Virus record (IMG/VR): IMGVR_UViG_3300033141_001977
Direction: 5' to 3' (one strand)
DNA length: 20,000 nt
Source of the DNA: an uncultured virus (IMG/VR IMGVR_UViG_3300033141_001977)
Taxonomy: Duplodnaviria > Heunggongvirae > Uroviricota > Caudoviricetes
Below are positions 15,553-20,000 of this stretch, one piece after another (the stretch's first letter is position 1; each line of letters starts with the position of its first letter). Below the pieces are notes generated by a model that was not told the DNA's origin, made no database searches, and saw only the letters and a program-made list of their open reading frames with translations. A program made the position numbers and the translations under genes.

Positions 15553-15588
15553 GGCGGGCCATGCAAGAGGAGACAAACACAGCCCGCC
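15553..15588 (-). ncRNA. Hairpin displaying an anti-Shine-Dalgarno loop (candidate sRNA)
   Basis: GGCGGGCTGTG / CATGGCCCGCC 11-bp stem (two G-U pairs, favouring the minus strand). Loop TTTGTCTCCTCTTG. Confidence 0.45.
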
Positions 15589-15624
15589 GAAATGCCCAGC
15601 ATGCGCCAGGCGGTATGATACCTA

Positions 15625-15753
15625 CTATTTGAAACGAGGCGGCCTGCCCTTCGTCAGACCGCCAGAAGTGTTCATGGAACTGCTAATGAACGCAAACAAA
15701 CAGCCGAAGAGCGATGTGAACAGCACCGTTAGGATGCCGGTGGGGCGACTCAT
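15625..15753 (-). CDS. Small membrane peptide, 42 aa (MSRPTGILTVLFTSLFGCLFAFISSS...)
   Basis: Translated by hand. SD AAGGGAG. One TM helix and a basic tail. Confidence 0.6.
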   Translation of the reverse strand: MSRPTGILTVLFTSLFGCLFAFISSSMNTSGGLTKGRPPRFK

Positions 15754-15853
15754 ATCTCTCCCTTCTTTGTCATTCGCGCCATTACATTACTATACATTAT
15801 TACCCGGCCCCTCAAGCCGGTTGCATATTGGCCGCCCAACTGTATTCCCCGCT

Positions 15854-16153
15854 TCATAGCGGCCCCCAATGTTCTGGCAGTTCTATGGTTAGCAATCGGC
15901 CTTCTCTGTGCACCATGCCACGCCCGTGCTCAATCGCGTCTATTGCCGCAACGCTCAAATGGCCATTCCACTGCTCCAGCATTTCTATGGCACATGCGAT
16001 ACACGTGTTGTAATCCATCCGGCCATATAACGAGTGCCCAATAGCAGTGCCTCGTGATACGTGGGCAGTAGGGCATTTACAATTACGCCCTGCCGTTGCT
16101 AACGTGGAAATTGCGTCATCAAGACATGCGTTCTTTTGTGCTGTCATCCTCAT
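15854..16153 (-). CDS. Hypothetical protein with Cys/His residues
   Basis: Start reassigned to 16153 (SD GAGGAG). Confidence 0.65.
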   Translation of the reverse strand: MRMTAQKNACLDDAISTLATAGRNCKCPTAHVSRGTAIGHSLYGRMDYNTCIACAIEMLEQWNGHLSVAAIDAIEHGRGMVHREGRLLTIELPEHWGPL

Positions 16154-16166
16154 AGTCTGTCTCCTC

Positions 16167-16259
16167 TCATTGTGAATAAAGCAGCATGATCGCCGCACAG
16201 ATGAGGAGCGCCCAAACCACGAGCGCCCCAAGATAGTCCGAGCGGGCTTGTGGGGTCAC
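16167..16259 (-). CDS. Small membrane peptide, 30 aa (MTPQARSDYLGALVVWALLICAAIMLLYSQ)
   Basis: GTG start overlapping the upstream TGA. SD GGAG. Fills the gap. Confidence 0.55.
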   Translation of the reverse strand: MTPQARSDYLGALVVWALLICAAIMLLYSQ

Positions 16260-16489
16260 GGCGCTGTCTCCATTAGCCCGGCAACAAACCCGTTGAGAAA
16301 TATCCGGGCCTCACGGATGCTGCTTGCCGTGAATAATGACTCTGACCCAACTCGTGTGGCCAACATAGCCTTGTGGCATAACCTATATTGCCGCCTATGT
16401 GTGAGCGGGTGTTCACTAATCCATACCTTGAGACCTATATCGTCCGCGCTAGCACAGAGCTTCGCTAAGCTGTCTCTAACCTGACTCAT
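16256..16489 (-). CDS. Hypothetical early protein
   Basis: SD GAGGAG. ATGA overlap. C-terminal 'REARIFLNGF' helix. Confidence 0.7.
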   Translation of the reverse strand: MSQVRDSLAKLCASADDIGLKVWISEHPLTHRRQYRLCHKAMLATRVGSESLFTASSIREARIFLNGFVAGLMETAP

Positions 16490-16806
16490 ACCCTCGCTCC
16501 TCTCGTCAATTCCCTTGCCTGTCGCAACGCCTCAGCCCAGTCCATACCGGACCGCTCCAACAGTCCTGCTATGCTGCTTGCCGCCACATCAGTCGACGGG
16601 CAGCATGTTTCTCTGATATACTGTTCGACCGCAAGCCGCACCTCATTCGCACGGTTGTGCGCCAACAGGTGGGCGTTGACACCACGACCGTGCTGATATT
16701 GACGGCCAAGGCGCTGCAGCCGCCCTGTTTGGCTCCCGGACTCACACGCCCCAGAACAATGAGCCGGCGCTAATCCTGTTGTGAATACTCGACGTTGACG
16801 GGTCAT
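16486..16806 (-). CDS. Hypothetical protein
   Basis: Start at 16806 by ATGA overlap. Confidence 0.55.
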   Translation of the reverse strand: MTRQRRVFTTGLAPAHCSGACESGSQTGRLQRLGRQYQHGRGVNAHLLAHNRANEVRLAVEQYIRETCCPSTDVAASSIAGLLERSGMDWAEALRQARELTRGARV

Positions 16807-17090
16807 GAAGCCACCCCCCCCCGCACAATGCAAGACCCCAGCAGCCCGCCTTGCCGTACAATCTCATACGCATCAGCGATAGCACACTCTACGCCCCCGC
16901 CAACATGCGTGAGCGCCGGGCAGGTGTGCTCAATATCTCCCGCGTCGAATGACGCAATCTCAAAACAATACGGAGCCTCAAAGCGAACGATAGCCTCAAC
17001 TGCAACGCCAGCCCGAGGGACACGATGGACCCGCGTCCGACCATCGCCCAATGCCTTGAAATATATCCGACCGTAACCTGTTCTAGCCAT
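16803..17090 (-). CDS. Hypothetical protein
   Basis: Start reassigned to MARTGYG at 17090 (SD GAGGAGG). Confidence 0.65.
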   Translation of the reverse strand: MARTGYGRIYFKALGDGRTRVHRVPRAGVAVEAIVRFEAPYCFEIASFDAGDIEHTCPALTHVGGGVECAIADAYEIVRQGGLLGSCIVRGGVAS

Positions 17091-17325
17091 GATGGGGCTC
17101 CTCCTCTTCACCATAGGGGTTAGTGCCGCGGCAAAAGCACCGCACGCACGCACCACCCATTATACGACGCTTGGCGGCATCAAATACCTCGTCTGCCGCC
17201 TCACGGGTTCCAACACTAGTCTGAACTGCTATCCCATTGCAACTCACTGTAAAATGCTTGATAGCGCCCGTTGACGCCCGTATATGCAATACATTACCCT
17301 GAATAGTCTCCTTACGTGTGATCAT
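17083..17325 (-). CDS. Hypothetical protein with C-terminal CxxCxC
   Basis: SD GAGGGTG. First gene after the promoter at ~17460. Confidence 0.65.
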   Translation of the reverse strand: MITRKETIQGNVLHIRASTGAIKHFTVSCNGIAVQTSVGTREAADEVFDAAKRRIMGGACVRCFCRGTNPYGEEEEPHHG

Positions 17326-17454
17326 GGTGTCTCACCCTCTTAGGCGTGTTGAAAGTGATTGTTAACAGGCTGTCTTACTGCTAGTTACACTGAAAGCGGC
17401 TTGACAGAAGCTAACTCTCACTGTACGTGACGTAGCTATATCGGGGTATCCGCT

Positions 17455-17484
17455 ATTATGAACATCAAATATCGGTAAAGTCAA
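17455..17484 (-). promoter_or_regulatory. Sigma70-type promoter
   Basis: TTGACT-18 bp-CATAAT with an AT-rich upstream tract, in an intergenic region. Confidence 0.6.
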
Positions 17485-17615
17485 GCCCTAATTTCACTGT
17501 ATTTACCATATTTGTATAGTTTTTTGGTTGCAGTGAAAATATCGCAGCCGGGTCATTTGCTTCTCCTCTTCTGGGCGCGCTGCGTGGTGTTACGGCGCGC
17601 CGGTTGTTTGCGCGG

Positions 17616-17858
17616 TTAGTTTTCTGATATGTGGAATTGACCGAGCCGGTTCGATGCGTGGGTTGCTGGGTCGTATTTGTATGCTACATATATGCCGCTA
17701 CAATTTAGGTTGCCGGTTTCTCGTTGACAGAATATACCGCGAGCTGTGCCGTATATTTTGGTGGTGGCGCGTTGCGCGGCGGTTAGATAATCCGGTTGCC
17801 TGACGTTGAATAGTGTGTCCCCTGATGCGTCGTGTCTGGAGATTGTAAATAGCGTCAT
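17616..17858 (-). CDS. Hypothetical early protein
   Basis: SD AGGAGGAGGAG. Confidence 0.75.
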   Translation of the reverse strand: MTLFTISRHDASGDTLFNVRQPDYLTAAQRATTKIYGTARGIFCQRETGNLNCSGIYVAYKYDPATHASNRLGQFHISEN

Positions 17859-17888
17859 CGGGTTGCTCCTCCTCCTGTTGTCGGTCGG

Positions 17889-18149
17889 TTACGGGTAAAC
17901 GTTTGATGGGGAAAATGCTAGGCCAACAATGCCGTGTGCAGCGAAGGCGCGGTCAACGCCTGCTGCACATAGCCGGTCTATGAGCGGCGCTCGGTCAGAA
18001 CGAGCGGCGCGTTTGCAGTAGACGCGGATAATGGCGTGATAACGGGCATTATCTCTGATGACGAGAGCTCCTTTAGTGATCCATGCGGTCTCGTTGTCTG
18101 TAACGTGCAGGATATTCCCGTTGTGTAGCGGGATGTCTATTGTCGTCAT
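17889..18149 (-). CDS. Hypothetical early protein
   Basis: SD AAAGGGA. Confidence 0.7.
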   Translation of the reverse strand: MTTIDIPLHNGNILHVTDNETAWITKGALVIRDNARYHAIIRVYCKRAARSDRAPLIDRLCAAGVDRAFAAHGIVGLAFSPSNVYP

Positions 18150-18218
18150 TTTGCGTGTCCCTTTCCTATATGGTGGGAATTGTCGCCATCGTTGTTCCTC
18201 CGGTCATGTTGTTTCGTG

Positions 18219-18443
18219 TTAATCGTCCTCTGTTGGGGTTAGGTTGCGTATAATGCTTCTGGCTATCCTGTCTGCTCTATAATACTGGCCGTCGGGCACC
18301 CCATAAACCAGCCTATGTCGCACGTCCTCAACGAGGTGCCTGCCCTGGCACGGCACCACGACCCGACCGTCAACCGTGAGGTCATATTTTGATGTCGACT
18401 GCCGCGACATTTGGATGTCTATCCTGTGAATATCAATCGCCAT
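18219..18443 (-). CDS. Hypothetical early protein
   Basis: Start reassigned to MAIDIHRID at 18443 (SD GAGGAG). The longer predicted N-terminus is the ribozyme. Confidence 0.7.
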   Translation of the reverse strand: MAIDIHRIDIQMSRQSTSKYDLTVDGRVVVPCQGRHLVEDVRHRLVYGVPDGQYYRADRIARSIIRNLTPTEDD

Positions 18444-18454
18444 AACGGTCACTC

Positions 18455-18516
18455 CTCTCTGTTTCGGCCCTATCCGGGGCCTCATCGGCACAGGCCAATA
18501 GCCTGCGTACAGAGAA
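18455..18516 (-). ncRNA. Type III hammerhead ribozyme, core variant CCGAUGA
   Basis: TTCTCTG-TA^-CGCAGGC[TATTG]GCCTGTG-CCGATGA-GGCCC[CGGATA]GGGCC-GAAA-CAGAGAG. All three stems pair. Confidence 0.88.
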
Positions 18517-18620
18517 CGGCTGCCCATGCGTTTGTATCGTCTGCCCCGTGTATCAATAGTGAGTGCGTACTCGAGGCCGCATGTGGGGCCCGGTGTCTGT
18601 TCCGGTCCCGTCCGCCGCTT

Positions 18621-18689
18621 CCGTGCCGGGGCAGTGTGGTATCTCCCGACACGGGACTACAGCCGTCGAGGTTCACCACGCCTCGACGG
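18621..18689 (-). ncRNA. Unidentified two-hairpin kissing-loop RNA element
   Basis: CCGTCGAGG/CCTCGACGG (9 bp) and CCGTGTCGGG/CCCGGCACGG (10 bp). The loops contain complementary GTGGTG and TACCAC. Confidence 0.55.
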
Positions 18690-18709
18690 GATCACGATGA
18701 GGGGTTATG

Positions 18710-19141
18710 TTAGACTCCGCCCATCTCCTCCGAGTAGAACCGTAGGTCACTCAGTTGAAATCGTGTAATGCCCGCTGCCAGTAGTAGGCCGACGACCTCC
18801 GCCTCAGTATCGTAGGCGTGTCGGTACATGCTGGCCGGGATACCGCCAACGACGACATATTTACCCTGCCACTCACACGGGTGATCCAGCCGCATAATCC
18901 CGGTCGGCAGGCCGCGCGATAGCATCCTGATGGCGCTCGCCATCTCGCCTACGGGGGCCCGTTCCAGTCGAGGTGCGCGCTTGGGCGCAGGGATGCCAGT
19001 CAAGCGCCGCGCTTGTGCTAGCGAATAATTCTCTCGCCTCTCGTCGGGCATCAGCAGCCGGAATCTGCCGTTGTATGCCCAGTCCCTGGCCCCTCGCATG
19101 GAGGCCAGGGCTTTACCTAGCTCACGGGTTGACTCTCTCAT
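18710..19141 (-). CDS. Hypothetical early protein (possible HTH-like segment YSLAQARRLTGI)
   Basis: Start reassigned to MRESTREL at 19141 (SD AGAGGAG). Confidence 0.7.
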   Translation of the reverse strand: MRESTRELGKALASMRGARDWAYNGRFRLLMPDERRENYSLAQARRLTGIPAPKRAPRLERAPVGEMASAIRMLSRGLPTGIMRLDHPCEWQGKYVVVGGIPASMYRHAYDTEAEVVGLLLAAGITRFQLSDLRFYSEEMGGV

Positions 19142-19174
19142 ACTCTCGCTCTCCTCTTGTTGTATGGTTCTACT

Positions 19175-19284
19175 AGCTATCGTAAAAACACGGTGAAGCC
19201 TCATCGTCACTGGCCCGACGTACCCTGCCGGCCTGCGCGCTGAGCTCGTGGGCTCAACACGTCGCGAGATGTAATATGATAGCT
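19175..19284 (-). ncRNA. Unidentified multi-stem intergenic RNA
   Basis: Closing stem AGCTATC/GATAGCT; inner CATCTCGC/GTGA(C)GATG; hairpins GTGTTGAGC/GCTCAGCGC and GGCCGGC/GTC(G)GGCC. Confidence 0.5.
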
Positions 19285-19298
19285 CCTAGTGCGCCCCA

Positions 19299-19511
19299 TC
19301 ATACGATCCCTCGCTCTATCACAGGCGCGCTGTGCTCGTGTTCAGTTGCCTCATGCTCACACCGTATTGGAACGATCGTGACGCCCGGCCACGCATATTC
19401 GTGACCATGCCGCACACATGCATACTCCACGTGACCGTCATTATCGGTCAACCGATACTCGGACTCACGCTCACACCATGAGCAGGGACGCCTCCTCGTG
19501 ATTCGTGCCAT
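19299..19511 (-). CDS. Small zinc-binding early protein (CSWC...ACVRH)
   Basis: Start at 19511 (SD AGAGGAGG). First gene after the sigma54-type promoter. Confidence 0.7.
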   Translation of the reverse strand: MARITRRRPCSWCERESEYRLTDNDGHVEYACVRHGHEYAWPGVTIVPIRCEHEATEHEHSAPVIERGIV

Positions 19512-19587
19512 AATATGCCTCCTCTTGCACGTGGGCACCTCGCTGCGGCAACCACCGCAATTCCCGCGCCCTCTACACCCTTACATA

Positions 19588-19604
19588 AGCAGGTTCTGTG
19601 CCAA
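19588..19604 (-). promoter_or_regulatory. Sigma54 (-24/-12) promoter
   Basis: TTGGCAC-AGAAC-CTGCT versus consensus YTGGCAC-N5-TTGCW. Exact GG-N10-GC spacing, ~75 bp upstream of the first gene. Confidence 0.75.
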
Positions 19605-19692
19605 ACCCTCACGCTAATTCACCAATACCACTATTCAGCCCCTGCGAGAACGGAGCGGCCACGCCAGCCCAATTCCGATACCAGCCAAAAAC

Positions 19693-19707
19693 GTAACAAG
19701 GTGTGAC
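19693..19707. promoter_or_regulatory. Palindromic binding site, copy 2 (GTAACA-AGG-TGTGAC)
   Basis: Arms match 11/12 positions of the perfect palindrome at 19816-19830. Confidence 0.5.
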
Positions 19708-19814
19708 TCCGCTGAACCCAGAACGCCTACTAAAGCCAAACAGGCGTTGTCCCGAAGTGTCAAGCGCCACCCCCAAATAGCACCTATCGAGGCCACTAAA
19801 GCCAGAACTTGTGG

Positions 19815-19831
19815 TGTCACACAATGTGACA
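19815..19831. promoter_or_regulatory. Palindromic binding site, copy 1 (TGTCACA-CAA-TGTGACA)
   Basis: Perfect 7-bp inverted repeat with a 3-bp spacer in non-coding DNA upstream of the sigma54 promoter. Confidence 0.6.
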
Positions 19832-20000
19832 TCGGCAGATTCACTCAGCACGTGCGCTAGCTCGCCGCTAACCCTCATTTTTCCTCATTATGGTTTTACC
19901 TTATTTACTTTTGTTTTCTTGTGTTAGTTTTGGTTGTTTTATGTTGTTGCTTGGTTTTTGTTGTTTCAGGATTTTGTTGATTTCTTTTGCTGCGATATTT

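Noticed and set aside
15535..15815. Sigma70 promoters TTGCAT...TATAGT and TTGAGG...TATAGT (minus strand)
   Set aside because: The spacers are 12 and 15 bp. They are plausible but too irregular to call.
18482..18679. 65-aa minus-strand ORF, plus the N-terminal extensions of 18219-18527, 18710-19210 and 10215-10859
   Set aside because: These stretches coincide with structured RNAs, and better SD-linked starts lie downstream.
163..19706. All plus-strand ORFs in the track
   Set aside because: They are antisense shadows of well-supported minus-strand genes or overlap regulatory DNA. I recognised no motifs or convincing RBSs.
19609..19878. Two overlapping minus-strand ORFs (89 and 69 aa)
   Set aside because: They have no recognisable motifs and span the promoter-upstream palindromes. 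The 89-aa ORF does have a GAGGA SD, so it cannot be fully excluded.

Overview
The window looks like the early and replication arm of a dsDNA phage or prophage. Essentially all credible genes are on the minus strand, tightly packed with ATGA/TAATG overlaps and strong AGGAG/GGAGG ribosome-binding sites, so transcription runs right to left. Order from the right: a sigma54-type promoter with two upstream palindromes (~19.6-19.8 kb); many small hypothetical early genes interspersed with structured non-coding RNA elements, including a type III hammerhead ribozyme with a variant core (18455-18516); an HU/IHF-like gene; a replication initiator with internal iterons; a DnaB helicase; a ~130-nt tRNA-like RNA with a giant variable arm; a RuvC-like resolvase; a gp32-like protein; a degenerate Mre11/SbcD-like protein; YkgJ-, FmdB- and YopX-like small genes; a Cas4-like PD-(D/E)XK nuclease / Sak4-like ATPase / DUF669 SSB recombination module; and a left-hand cluster of mosaic paralogous genes that share DNA modules. 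I saw no structural genes, integrase, reverse transcriptase or CRISPR array. All protein family calls come from motifs recognised by eye, not from database searches, and all RNA structures were folded by hand.
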